Assembly (NCBI GenBank): GCA_949300425.1
Contig: CASGED010000007.1
Coordinates: 5,471-69,470 of the forward strand
DNA: 64,000 nt
Direction: 5' to 3'
Source: an uncultured Bacteroides sp.
GTDB lineage: Bacteria; Bacteroidota; Bacteroidia; Bacteroidales; Bacteroidaceae
The notes below the pieces were generated by a model. That model made no database searches, was not told the DNA's origin, and saw nothing but the letters and a program-made list of their open reading frames with translations. Made by a program: the position numbers and the translations under genes. Positions 36,116 through 45,886 of the stretch are shown piece after piece; within the stretch, counting starts at the first letter, position 1; each line of letters begins with the position of its first letter.

Positions 36116-38149
36116 CTACAACCTTACCTTCAAGGTTTTTCCTTCAGTAATCTTTTTATCCAAGACCTTCTTTCCCTTCTCTGTCACCAGCACATGCAGT
36201 TTCTCTCCGTCACGAGAGACCTGAACGTCAAAATCGGAACCGAACGCGCGCACATGGTTCAGATTCATATACGCCCATTCCGCAGGAAGGCGCGGTGTCA
36301 AATCAAAACTGCGGAGTCCCGTAGGACGAATGCCGAACAAGCCTTCCGTATAAATCCTACAGTACAGGCCGCTCTCAGCCGAAAGATGCCTTTGGTCGCC
36401 CTCCGGCCATGCTTCGATGGCGTAGGGCACGTGATCACCCAGCAATCTGCGACGCGAATAATGATTCAGGAAGTCAATGCCCCGCTCCACTTCGCCGGCC
36501 GCAATAATGCCCCGCATGGCATACAGGGTGGAACGGTCCCAGAAAGTCTCACTTCCGGCTTGGGTCAGCAAACCGTCATCGGTAAACAGACGGGGCGAAA
36601 GCAAGGCGTCTACCGTCCCCTCGGCGCGTGTGTATATGCCCATCACCAAAGGCATGCAAATCCAGGAACGCAACACGGTGTTGCCGTCATAATAACGGTA
36701 GGTACGGAATCCTTCCACTTCGGCACCGAAATGCTTCTCTATGGCACTTTCCATTTGCTTTGCCCGCTCCTCATAGTCAGCAAGTTGTTTCCGGGACACG
36801 CCTATCTCACGACCCAAGTAAACAGCCGAACGTAACGCGTCGTAATATAAAGTGGAAGTGCACAAGTTGGCGTCACCCGAGGGGAAACGGTTCTCCAGTT
36901 CGTCGGAGTCGGAAGCTACCACTCCGTCCGGAGTCAGCTGACGTTTACAATATTCCAGGCACCATTCTATCAACGGCCAAAGCTCGCGCGCCTCAGCCTT
37001 ATCACCGCGCGCCAAAGCATAACGGGCAGCACCATAAGCTATCATGGCGCCGTCGCCCCGGTCTTTCGCCCCATGCCAAGTACCGACGCCCTCCGAAATG
37101 ATGGAGCTGGGTATAGGTTTATACTCCGGATTCATGAAGCGGGCAAAATGACGGTAGGAGTTCAAGGAGGCTTGGTTGCCGTATTCATACCCCAGGAAAG
37201 GGAAGAAGGGGTTGATGTACTCCGCCTGGTCGTTGGCCCAGATAGCCGCGTAATAGGCTTCACCTCCCGGGCCGTGCATAGGCCCGCCCTTCGTTTTATA
37301 AATACTTTCGGCTCCCCGAATTTTGGCGAATGCGAACATGCGGTTCAGTATCGTGTCAGGGGTGTCTAATACAAGGTTTTCCCACCACTGAGCTACCAAT
37401 TCCTTGCGTTGGGCGCGCTCTTCGGCAACAACCAGTCCCGCCACGTCCAATGGAGCTTCGCCGGACAGCTTATAAGCTTGGAATACTGCAAAGAAATCGA
37501 GTTTCTCGCCCGGCTTCAACGTGAAAAAGCCCTGCTTGGAAAGGGAGGCTTCAATGGAGTAAGCACCATATACCCCCGCCGCTTCGGGAGTGGTGTACTT
37601 CACCCGCCAGTCTGGCACGCGCAAAGTGACCGGATTCTTGCTGTTGTTCGTAAACGTGTATTCCTCTAAATAACACGCCTTCGTAGGCGAAGGATAGAGT
37701 GTCCGTTCCACATGAATCGTATGCGCCTGCTCTTTGCGCCGATGAATATATCCGTAATCACTCTCCACACGCAGAATCCCGTCAAACATGACACGCTCCA
37801 CTTTTTCATTCAGCAAAGTCTGGTCATCCACGGTAATCATAGCCGGAATGTCCACGTCAAAACGTTGCTTCAGGTTACTTCCCGTTTTATTGGGCTTCAT
37901 CCGGAGCATCGGGAATACCAAGCTGCGGTTCAGATGGAAACTCTTGTCGGCGTCCACCCCGTAGCGAAGCACTACGGATAACATTTGGCCGCTCATCTCT
38001 AAATGGTCTTCATGGGGCAGGTTCTCTGCGGGAATCCAACAAATGGACCCGTCTTTCTGAATCTGCCAACGGTCGATGGCCTGTGCATGCCACACTATTG
38101 CCAGACAAATAAGGGAAAATAGAATAAATCGTTTCATCGTCTTTCTCAT
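36116..38149 (-). CDS. Exported six-hairpin (alpha/alpha)6 glycosidase-like protein
   Basis: Signal peptide; YYAAIWANDQAEY, DSDELENRF, WDRSTLY, YAIEAWPEG...HLSAES; GH family not assignable by eye. Confidence 0.65.
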   Translation of the reverse strand: MRKTMKRFILFSLICLAIVWHAQAIDRWQIQKDGSICWIPAENLPHEDHLEMSGQMLSVVLRYGVDADKSFHLNRSLVFPMLRMKPNKTGSNLKQRFDVDIPAMITVDDQTLLNEKVERVMFDGILRVESDYGYIHRRKEQAHTIHVERTLYPSPTKACYLEEYTFTNNSKNPVTLRVPDWRVKYTTPEAAGVYGAYSIEASLSKQGFFTLKPGEKLDFFAVFQAYKLSGEAPLDVAGLVVAEERAQRKELVAQWWENLVLDTPDTILNRMFAFAKIRGAESIYKTKGGPMHGPGGEAYYAAIWANDQAEYINPFFPFLGYEYGNQASLNSYRHFARFMNPEYKPIPSSIISEGVGTWHGAKDRGDGAMIAYGAARYALARGDKAEARELWPLIEWCLEYCKRQLTPDGVVASDSDELENRFPSGDANLCTSTLYYDALRSAVYLGREIGVSRKQLADYEERAKQMESAIEKHFGAEVEGFRTYRYYDGNTVLRSWICMPLVMGIYTRAEGTVDALLSPRLFTDDGLLTQAGSETFWDRSTLYAMRGIIAAGEVERGIDFLNHYSRRRLLGDHVPYAIEAWPEGDQRHLSAESGLYCRIYTEGLFGIRPTGLRSFDLTPRLPAEWAYMNLNHVRAFGSDFDVQVSRDGEKLHVLVTEKGKKVLDKKITEGKTLKVRL

Positions 38150-40314
38150 TTTATAGATTTTACAATCAGTACAGCACTCTCAAATTGGGCGGAAAGGGGA
38201 TTTTCGATACCCTTCTCCATCAGTTCGACTCCCGTCACACTCTTGCCATGAAGCGCAAAGCGGGAAGTCGTCCCCTTGGCAAGATTCACCTCCTCTACCA
38301 TGTATTCGCGCGATGCGTCCAACCCCTCCAAGTAAATGCGGGGCACGTTACCATCGGCTACTTGGTAAAGGTAGACCACCGCCTCGCTTTTATCGGTAGA
38401 GACATAACTTAATGAAGCCAGCGGATGCTCGTATGGCGATGACAAGCGATACAACTCACCTTGCATCACTAACGGACGGATGCGATCCTTATAAAGTCTT
38501 ACCGCTCCCGCTATCTGTCCCCGCTCTTCGTCCGTAGCCCTGTCCAAAGCTAAATCAATACCAAACGCGCCACTCAACGCCACGTCCGTGGCCAACTTTA
38601 TATGACGTTTGCCCATACGAGTAACATGGGCTGAAATGGCACATGCGGGAAAGAAATGGGAAAATCCCCACTGAATCTTAATACGCGCCAAGGGGTCGGT
38701 GTTGTCGCTTGGCCAAAAACTGTGAAAATAAGGCAATGCGCCATAATCCACACGACCCGAACCTCCGGAACAGAGCATGACCATTACATCGGGATGTTCC
38801 GTGGCCATTCGGTCCATCAGGCGGTATAAAGCCCTGTTATAGTCTATCCACAAATGGCTCTGCCTATCCGCCGGCAAATAGCTTGAACCGGGCTGTGTTA
38901 TGTAGCGGTTGCAATCCCACTTCACGTAGGTTATGTCGGGATTCGGTCGCAAAGTACTGTCTATCACACCCCACTCGAACGCTTGGACTTCAGGACGTGT
39001 CAAGTCAAGAATCTCCTGATGGCGTCCTAAAATGGGTTTACGACCGGGCTGCGTGATAATCCAGTCCGGATGCTTTTGGTAAAGCTCACTTTGGGGGTTC
39101 ACCATTTCAGGTTCCAGCCAAATGCCAAAACCAACATCCCGCTTGCGCGCCTCACCGGCAATGTAAGCAAGGCCATGAGGAAGTTTTTTCACCGAAGGTT
39201 GCCAGTCTCCCAGTCCATGCTTGTCATCATCCCGCGAGTAAGCACCGTTGCCGAACCATCCGTCGTCCAACAAGAACAATTCGGCTCCCACCTCACGTGC
39301 CCCTTCAAAAAGTCCGGTCAAACGGGCCTCGTCAAAGTCGCAGTGCGTGGCTTCCCAATTGTTCAACAATACAGGACGATCCTTGGCAGCGTCGCGTACG
39401 CCATGCTTCAATGCCCAACGATGGAAACGGCGGCTAACTTCACCTTTCCCGCGGGTACTGTAAGCGTACAGCATGGAAGGGGTGGCAAATTCTTCGCCTT
39501 TCTCTAAGTAATATTGGGAACCGATGGGATTCATGCCGGTCAACAAACGCAGGCGATTATTCCAGTCCACTTCAAAAGCGAATTGAAAACTGCCGCTCCA
39601 CCGCAAAGACCCTGCCAACACTTCCCCTTCCGTTTCCGATGCCGGACCGTTTAGAGCCAACAGAAAAGAAGGAATGCACATTTGGTGCGCACGGACTCCC
39701 AATTTCGAATCCAATATTTTAATACCACGCGCCAAACGTTCTTCCGTCAATGTCGCCTCACGCTTATAATTGCCGCTAAACTGGGTCAGCCAATACGACT
39801 TCTCTGCCAAAGTTGGCGACGCAGAAGCGAAACGGTATAATGCAACGGGGCTTTCCTCCGAGTGCTTCACCACGTTCCAAATTTCCATCATGCTCTCGGC
39901 CTCATAACATTTGATATAAATATCCACCTCGAACGGGTAAACGGGGTCGGCCAACGAGATGACCGTCTGCGTCACGCCTTCCTCCAAATTCTCCACACGG
40001 CGGCCTTCATAGCAGAGTTCCGTCGAAGTATTTCCGTCTGCATGGGTTGCCTGCAAGGCGGGCTCCGTCAACACTCCGTTCCCGTAGGGAGGAAAGAACT
40101 CACTTTCACGCGAGGGCATCTTCTTCGGAACGCGTACGGAATCAGCCACATTGCCAAATCCCAACTGGTACAGGCGATTGTCATCGCCCACCATGAAACT
40201 CAACTTCAGTTCACCGGAAACCACCTCGAACATCTCTTTTATAAATGAAGTCTCGGCAGCCCGTAACAACATTGTGACACTCAAAAGCAAGCCTACAAAA
40301 AAGTATCTTTTCAT
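38146..40314 (-). CDS. Alpha-galactosidase GH36
   Basis: LLNNWEAT, LFLLDDGWFG, LGDW, FGIWLEPEMVN, YVKWDCNR, CSGGSGR.D, WPSDNTD. Confidence 0.93.
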   Translation of the reverse strand: MKRYFFVGLLLSVTMLLRAAETSFIKEMFEVVSGELKLSFMVGDDNRLYQLGFGNVADSVRVPKKMPSRESEFFPPYGNGVLTEPALQATHADGNTSTELCYEGRRVENLEEGVTQTVISLADPVYPFEVDIYIKCYEAESMMEIWNVVKHSEESPVALYRFASASPTLAEKSYWLTQFSGNYKREATLTEERLARGIKILDSKLGVRAHQMCIPSFLLALNGPASETEGEVLAGSLRWSGSFQFAFEVDWNNRLRLLTGMNPIGSQYYLEKGEEFATPSMLYAYSTRGKGEVSRRFHRWALKHGVRDAAKDRPVLLNNWEATHCDFDEARLTGLFEGAREVGAELFLLDDGWFGNGAYSRDDDKHGLGDWQPSVKKLPHGLAYIAGEARKRDVGFGIWLEPEMVNPQSELYQKHPDWIITQPGRKPILGRHQEILDLTRPEVQAFEWGVIDSTLRPNPDITYVKWDCNRYITQPGSSYLPADRQSHLWIDYNRALYRLMDRMATEHPDVMVMLCSGGSGRVDYGALPYFHSFWPSDNTDPLARIKIQWGFSHFFPACAISAHVTRMGKRHIKLATDVALSGAFGIDLALDRATDEERGQIAGAVRLYKDRIRPLVMQGELYRLSSPYEHPLASLSYVSTDKSEAVVYLYQVADGNVPRIYLEGLDASREYMVEEVNLAKGTTSRFALHGKSVTGVELMEKGIENPLSAQFESAVLIVKSIK

Positions 40315-40329
40315 AACCAATACTACTTT

Positions 40330-42486
40330 TTAATTTGAAGATGTCATAAACTTCCAGCTCACCGTAGCGATATTGTCCGGTTTACCTTTTTCCGTCTTCG
40401 AGATGCTGCCTTTCAAGCGTCCTTTCCTATCACGGGTCACCTTAATTTCACGCCAGGAGTAAGCACCGTTCTCGTAGTCAAAAGTTTCTCCGTCATCGTC
40501 ATACAAGCGATAAGAACCTTCCGCCTTGCCGTAATGACGTATCTCTAAGTTTATTTTTTCACCCGCTTTCGGCGCATGAAGCAAAGGATCCATCATGGGA
40601 ATAATGCCCCCGTCCTTCACGAACACGGGAATGCGTTCCAAGCCCGGCTTCACGGTAATCTTTTCCCCGTTGCCCACATACTCGCCTGTATAGAAATCAT
40701 ACCAGTCTCCGAGGGGCAGCACTACCGTACGTTCCGTCTGTCCGGCGAACATGGGAGCCACCAACAGGTACTCGCCCGCCATGTACTGATCCTTTATCTC
40801 CTTCCGCACACTCTCCAAATAAGGATTGGTTTCCAAGTCCGCGTCCTTCAGTTCGCCCTCTACGGCGGCCTGTTCCGGATTGAATCCCGCCTCAAGGTTC
40901 AACGCACGGAAAGGCGGTATGCCGTCAAAGTGGTAACGCGCAAATTCCGTGTACCAATAAGGCATCATCCGCATACGCAACAAGGCGTATTCGCGAATGT
41001 TATCCGTCACATCGGGGAACGACCACGGTTTGGTACCGCTACTCCATGCATTAATCATGGCCATGGGCGAGAACACTACCGACTGAAATCTGCGAAGCCA
41101 CTCTTCTGAAGTTTTAGAGCCGCGCACTTCCGGCGTCCATAACACGCCGCAAAAGCCGGAATTAATCAGCGCCGTAATGAAATCCTTATGGCTGTAATAG
41201 TCGTTATAGATGACGTACGGGAATGAACTTCCACCTCCGTTCGAACCTCGCACCAAACCGTATGTACGCCGGTTGTAGTTGCGGTAAATATCAGTCGTAA
41301 TCCGTTGTACCCACAAGCCATAAGTTTGACGCATCTGCTCGGCCGATACTCCGCTGGGGAACGTAGCCACGTCCGGCCACAAATAACGGTCGTACCCGTC
41401 AATCTCGTCTATTTTATATCCGCTTACTCCGATGCCTATATGTTCTTTGTCAAACTTGCCGCTAAACAAGTCACGGGCACGGGCATCGGCAAAGTCTGGC
41501 ACAATGCCGCACCATACCGTATGCGTACCGCTCAACGGATACATTTCCTTATAGATATCCGACTCCGGAGAGACGTAAGGGTTGGTCCAAAGGTTGATAC
41601 GGACATTGCGCTCCGCCATCGCTTTGACAAAATCCGCCGGAGCGGGGAATCTCGTCTTGTCCCACTCGAACGTACAGGGATAGGCCTTACTCTGCCAGCC
41701 CGGCTCCAACCCGATAACGTCCAAAGGAAAACCTTGTGCCTCAAATTCATTTACCTCGCGCTCCACGTCCTTATCCGTATAAAGTTTCTTGGTACGTTGC
41801 ACAAAGCCCAATCCCCAACGGGGAGGCAAAGGACCGCCACCGCAAAACAGATTGTACCGGCGAACCACATCCATCGGCGTAGGTCCAGCAAAGAGATAGA
41901 TTTCAATGCCGGGCGCTGGAACTTGTATAGAAACGGCGTCCGAATAAGGTGCGGAAGTCCATGTCTTATCCGTATTACGGTCTTTGGGTACAGGTGCATT
42001 AGGACTGTCCTTACGCGCCCCACTGCCGGCATACACCGTTAGATAACGGGCCGAATTGACAAAAACACCATATCCCAAACTGGAGATATAGAAAGGAACT
42101 GGCGCATGGGTACGCCCGTTATCCTTACCTCCATAATGGTCCACATGCAGATTCAGAATCCGGCCACGTTGGTGTACCGTCTGAAAATTCAAGCCGAAAC
42201 CATACAATTGCTCTCCACGCTCCAAAGGTATCCGAAGATTCGCCTTACCGTCTTGTATTTCGCCAACTATCTCGTTGGCCAAGGCCGGTAAAGGTACTTC
42301 GGGCAAGCGTGTGAATCCTTCTATGCGGGGAGAGACATTGGCCACACTCAACAAAGAATATGACTCAGGGTTACCCACAACTCCCTTCCAAACACCGGGA
42401 GCTACCTCTTTCCACGAAACCTGAGCCTGCAACCAAGGGCATAGCATCAGGACTCCCAATACGATTGCTAAAAATCTTTTCATCAT
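40330..42486 (-). CDS. Glycoside hydrolase family 31 (with DUF5110-type tail)
   Basis: LYGFG, APVPFYISS, LPPRWGLG, GYKIDE nucleophile region, QYMAGEYLLVAP, LYDDDGETFDY. Confidence 0.85.
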   Translation of the reverse strand: MMKRFLAIVLGVLMLCPWLQAQVSWKEVAPGVWKGVVGNPESYSLLSVANVSPRIEGFTRLPEVPLPALANEIVGEIQDGKANLRIPLERGEQLYGFGLNFQTVHQRGRILNLHVDHYGGKDNGRTHAPVPFYISSLGYGVFVNSARYLTVYAGSGARKDSPNAPVPKDRNTDKTWTSAPYSDAVSIQVPAPGIEIYLFAGPTPMDVVRRYNLFCGGGPLPPRWGLGFVQRTKKLYTDKDVEREVNEFEAQGFPLDVIGLEPGWQSKAYPCTFEWDKTRFPAPADFVKAMAERNVRINLWTNPYVSPESDIYKEMYPLSGTHTVWCGIVPDFADARARDLFSGKFDKEHIGIGVSGYKIDEIDGYDRYLWPDVATFPSGVSAEQMRQTYGLWVQRITTDIYRNYNRRTYGLVRGSNGGGSSFPYVIYNDYYSHKDFITALINSGFCGVLWTPEVRGSKTSEEWLRRFQSVVFSPMAMINAWSSGTKPWSFPDVTDNIREYALLRMRMMPYWYTEFARYHFDGIPPFRALNLEAGFNPEQAAVEGELKDADLETNPYLESVRKEIKDQYMAGEYLLVAPMFAGQTERTVVLPLGDWYDFYTGEYVGNGEKITVKPGLERIPVFVKDGGIIPMMDPLLHAPKAGEKINLEIRHYGKAEGSYRLYDDDGETFDYENGAYSWREIKVTRDRKGRLKGSISKTEKGKPDNIATVSWKFMTSSN

Positions 42487-42516
42487 ATCATTCTATCTAA
42501 TTTTCATTTTATACAC

Positions 42517-44463
42517 TTACTTTATTCTGCATGCAAAGCCTCCGTTAGGCAGCACCTTGACCTTCATCTCTTGTGCAGCCCCTTCTATCGTCTGATAATC
42601 GAACGAGTCTTTATCCGCCCCGTCGATTATCAACGTAAAACCTTTACCTTGGCAAGCGGACGGTAGGCGGAAAGTAATCTCCCGCTCCTCATTTTTCCCG
42701 CTAATACCACCGATATACCAGACGTCCCCCAAGCGGCGCGCCACGACCGCGTAATCGCCGGGATATCCAGCCAGCAATCGGCTTTCCTCCCAGGCGGCCG
42801 GCACCTCTTTCAAGAATTGCTTGGGCAGTTCCGGCAAGGACTGGTAGGCTTCCGCCCGGTCGGCAAAACATTGGAAACCGGATTCAAAAACGACAGACAA
42901 CGCCAACTGATGAGCTACTGTCGTTTTACGGATAGCCGGGACACCGTTACGTATCTTATTGGAAAACGTCACTGGAGTATAGTCCATTGAACCGACCACA
43001 TTGCGTGTAAAAGGCACCGTCGCGTTATGTGCCGCCGCCCTCTCGCACCGTTCCTGCCTTCCCAACGTTTCAGCCCCCCGGATAGCTTCCGTGGTCAACA
43101 AGTTGGGATAGGTACGCTCAAAACCTCTCGGCAAAGTCGCGCCATGAAGGTCGACCAACAAATGATATTCAGCCGCATCCTTCAAGATAGCCGGATAAAG
43201 CTGTATAATCCGTTGTTTGTCCGTATCAAAGAAATCGACCTTTATTCCTTTTACACCCAATTTGCTAATCCGTTCCATCTCCGTCCGACGCAAAGCAGAG
43301 TCAGACATCAGTCGGCGTTCGGGTGCCGAATCATTCTCATAACCAGCTCCCGAATGATACCACAGCCATACACCTACTCCTTTCTTTTTAGCGTACGCCA
43401 CAACATCTTCCATCGCCCCGCCGTTCTTCATCCGTTGCCACCCGGCGTCTATCAGCGTATATTCCCAACCCATCTCTGCGGCAAAGTCCACATACTTCAA
43501 CTGCGCCTTAAAGTCACGCACGGTACCGCCGTTATACCACCAGCTCCAGCAAGCACGCCCCGGCTTTATCCAAGAGACATCATCCAATGCCGAAGGAGGA
43601 TTCAAGTGTGCCACCATCTGTGTTTGGAAAATCGTACTCAAGCTGTTCCCTACAATCACAACTCGCCAGGGCGTGTACCACGGGAAGGTAGATACCGGTT
43701 CCGTTTTATCAGGCACAATAGGTTCGTCCAATTCCGGAAAACGAATCTTATATGCACCCGCCGTTCCCGAATTATCAACATGAGTGGCCGGATAAGAACC
43801 ATCCAAATAAGCCTCCGTTATCATCATCCACAAGCCGTTGGTCTGAAATAACATCGGGAAAGCCCAGCCCCTGCCATGCCGACACCCGGAGCGAATGGGT
43901 ATTTCATTCTCGCAATACTGTTCATAGCTAGGCTTCTTGCGATCGTTCCAATCGTACGGATGAATCCATGCCTTCCCGTTCACCGGCACGGCAAATTCAG
44001 AATATTCATCCTGAATGGTATGCCGTTCTTCCCCTTCGCCGGGAAAACCGTAACGGAAAGCCGCTCCATCGGCATATACACGCACCACGATATCAAATTC
44101 GTTTCCTTCCGATGTCTTAAACATAAAAGTCTGTTCGCGACAATCGTTTACTGTATTCAACCGCTTGCCCGATTTCAACTGATAAGGTTCCATCACATCC
44201 TTCACCGGAGTTGAGGTGAGGAAATCAACTCCTTTACCATAATCTATCCCGTCCATTACTACTCCGAGCCGAGATTGTTCAATGGCCACCGTATCTTTAA
44301 AATATACCTTATAGGCCAATTGAGAAACTCCGTCCACTTCAGTATTTTCTAACACAAAACGGACATTACCGTCTTTGGATGTCAATTCCCACACTTCAGG
44401 CTTCGCGCAGGAGGCTAACACCAACAAAAAAGACACCAACAGAAAATTTAATCCACACTTCAT
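42517..44463 (-). CDS. Glycoside hydrolase family 97 (lipoprotein)
   Basis: Lipobox LASC; TPWRV, SWIKPG, YVDFAA, GIKVDF, RTYPNLLTTEAIRGAE, PFTRNVVGSMDYTP. Confidence 0.92.
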   Translation of the reverse strand: MKCGLNFLLVSFLLVLASCAKPEVWELTSKDGNVRFVLENTEVDGVSQLAYKVYFKDTVAIEQSRLGVVMDGIDYGKGVDFLTSTPVKDVMEPYQLKSGKRLNTVNDCREQTFMFKTSEGNEFDIVVRVYADGAAFRYGFPGEGEERHTIQDEYSEFAVPVNGKAWIHPYDWNDRKKPSYEQYCENEIPIRSGCRHGRGWAFPMLFQTNGLWMMITEAYLDGSYPATHVDNSGTAGAYKIRFPELDEPIVPDKTEPVSTFPWYTPWRVVIVGNSLSTIFQTQMVAHLNPPSALDDVSWIKPGRACWSWWYNGGTVRDFKAQLKYVDFAAEMGWEYTLIDAGWQRMKNGGAMEDVVAYAKKKGVGVWLWYHSGAGYENDSAPERRLMSDSALRRTEMERISKLGVKGIKVDFFDTDKQRIIQLYPAILKDAAEYHLLVDLHGATLPRGFERTYPNLLTTEAIRGAETLGRQERCERAAAHNATVPFTRNVVGSMDYTPVTFSNKIRNGVPAIRKTTVAHQLALSVVFESGFQCFADRAEAYQSLPELPKQFLKEVPAAWEESRLLAGYPGDYAVVARRLGDVWYIGGISGKNEEREITFRLPSACQGKGFTLIIDGADKDSFDYQTIEGAAQEMKVKVLPNGGFACRIK

Positions 44464-44488
44464 AATCTATTCTATTTAAATAAAAACA

Positions 44489-45868
44489 CTAACGATAATA
44501 CTGCATGTCACCATCTTCGCAAATGATTTCCGGACGCTCATCCGAATTCTTCAATTCAAAAGTCACGTTTTTCAGTTTCAGCCCACGTACATGTCTTGCC
44601 CAGACGCCGTATGCCGGAATCTTGGGACCGAAGGTCTTCACTTCCGGATAAGCGTCAACGGCTTCAGGTACTTCTGCAAGGGCATCTTCCTTCGTTCCGG
44701 AACCTAACAAACGGATATGTATATTTTCCAATGTCAGATTCGTAATATAGTGTCCCGGTATGCCGGTTATCAAAATGCCCGACGGCGGATTAAGCTGAGC
44801 TTTGTCCGCCGCTACAGCCTTAACGTTCCTAATTGTCACATTCTCAAATACGCCCACGGGCTGCTTAACATCTTCTTTCTTACGGAATACGCTTAAGCGC
44901 GCTCCCAGACGGAACAGCATAGGTGTACGCACTTCATCCATCGTTATATCCGATATCTCCACGTTACGTAACTTGGCACCGTCCACGGAGAACAATTTGA
45001 TTCCGCCGTTCTTCGTGTCATAGATATAGCAATTCTTTATCCGAATGTCCTCAAATCCAGCCATAGACTCTGTACCCATCTTAATTCCGGCCTGGTTACT
45101 CTTCAGCTTCATGTTTTCCACCACGATGTTCTTGCAACCCATCTTGGCGGAAGTGCTTTTGAAGCAAAGCGCGTCGTCCCCACTCACAATGTCACAATTA
45201 CGGATGCGCACATCCTGGCAACCGTCGATATTAATGCCGTCATTATGCGCCACGCCGAAACTGCGGATGGTCACATTCTCAATGTCTACATTCCTGCACT
45301 GGAAATAATGGGAAGTCCACGCTCCGGCATACTTCAACGTAACCCCCTGTACATGAACATCATTACACCTCACCCAGCGCAAGAGGAAAGGCCGCAATCC
45401 CCAGCGTTTTCCTTCCGGCCGCGTGTCTTCTTTGATATGTCGGGCTTTTAACGCCGAACCTTGGCCGTCAATAGTTCCTTCGCCTTCCAAACTCACATGG
45501 TCAGCATCCACGGCAACCAGCAAGGCAGCGCCTACGTCAATACCCAACCCTTCGGTGAAAGGATCCAGATTCTTATACGCCTTATAATCTGTCGTGCCCA
45601 ATATCAACGCATCCTTCTCCAAATGAAGGCAGACATTGGATTTCAACACGATGGTAGCCGACAGGTAAGTACCGGCAGGCACTACCACTTTGCCTCCCCC
45701 GGCCTGGCTGCAAGCGTCAATGGCTTGCTGAATGGCAGGCGAGTCCATGGACTTACCATCCCCTTTCGCCCCAAACTTCTTCACGTCAAACACTGTCTGT
45801 GCCTGTACGAAAAGAGGCGCGAACAGACAGCCGAGAATAAAAACTTTAATAACAGATTTTACTTTCAT
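44489..45868 (-). CDS. Glycoside hydrolase family 28 (beta-helix)
   Basis: FGAKGDG, AIQQAID, HNDGINID, SGDDALCFKS. Confidence 0.85.
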   Translation of the reverse strand: MKVKSVIKVFILGCLFAPLFVQAQTVFDVKKFGAKGDGKSMDSPAIQQAIDACSQAGGGKVVVPAGTYLSATIVLKSNVCLHLEKDALILGTTDYKAYKNLDPFTEGLGIDVGAALLVAVDADHVSLEGEGTIDGQGSALKARHIKEDTRPEGKRWGLRPFLLRWVRCNDVHVQGVTLKYAGAWTSHYFQCRNVDIENVTIRSFGVAHNDGINIDGCQDVRIRNCDIVSGDDALCFKSTSAKMGCKNIVVENMKLKSNQAGIKMGTESMAGFEDIRIKNCYIYDTKNGGIKLFSVDGAKLRNVEISDITMDEVRTPMLFRLGARLSVFRKKEDVKQPVGVFENVTIRNVKAVAADKAQLNPPSGILITGIPGHYITNLTLENIHIRLLGSGTKEDALAEVPEAVDAYPEVKTFGPKIPAYGVWARHVRGLKLKNVTFELKNSDERPEIICEDGDMQYYR

Positions 45869-45886
45869 GGCAATCACTCATTTACA

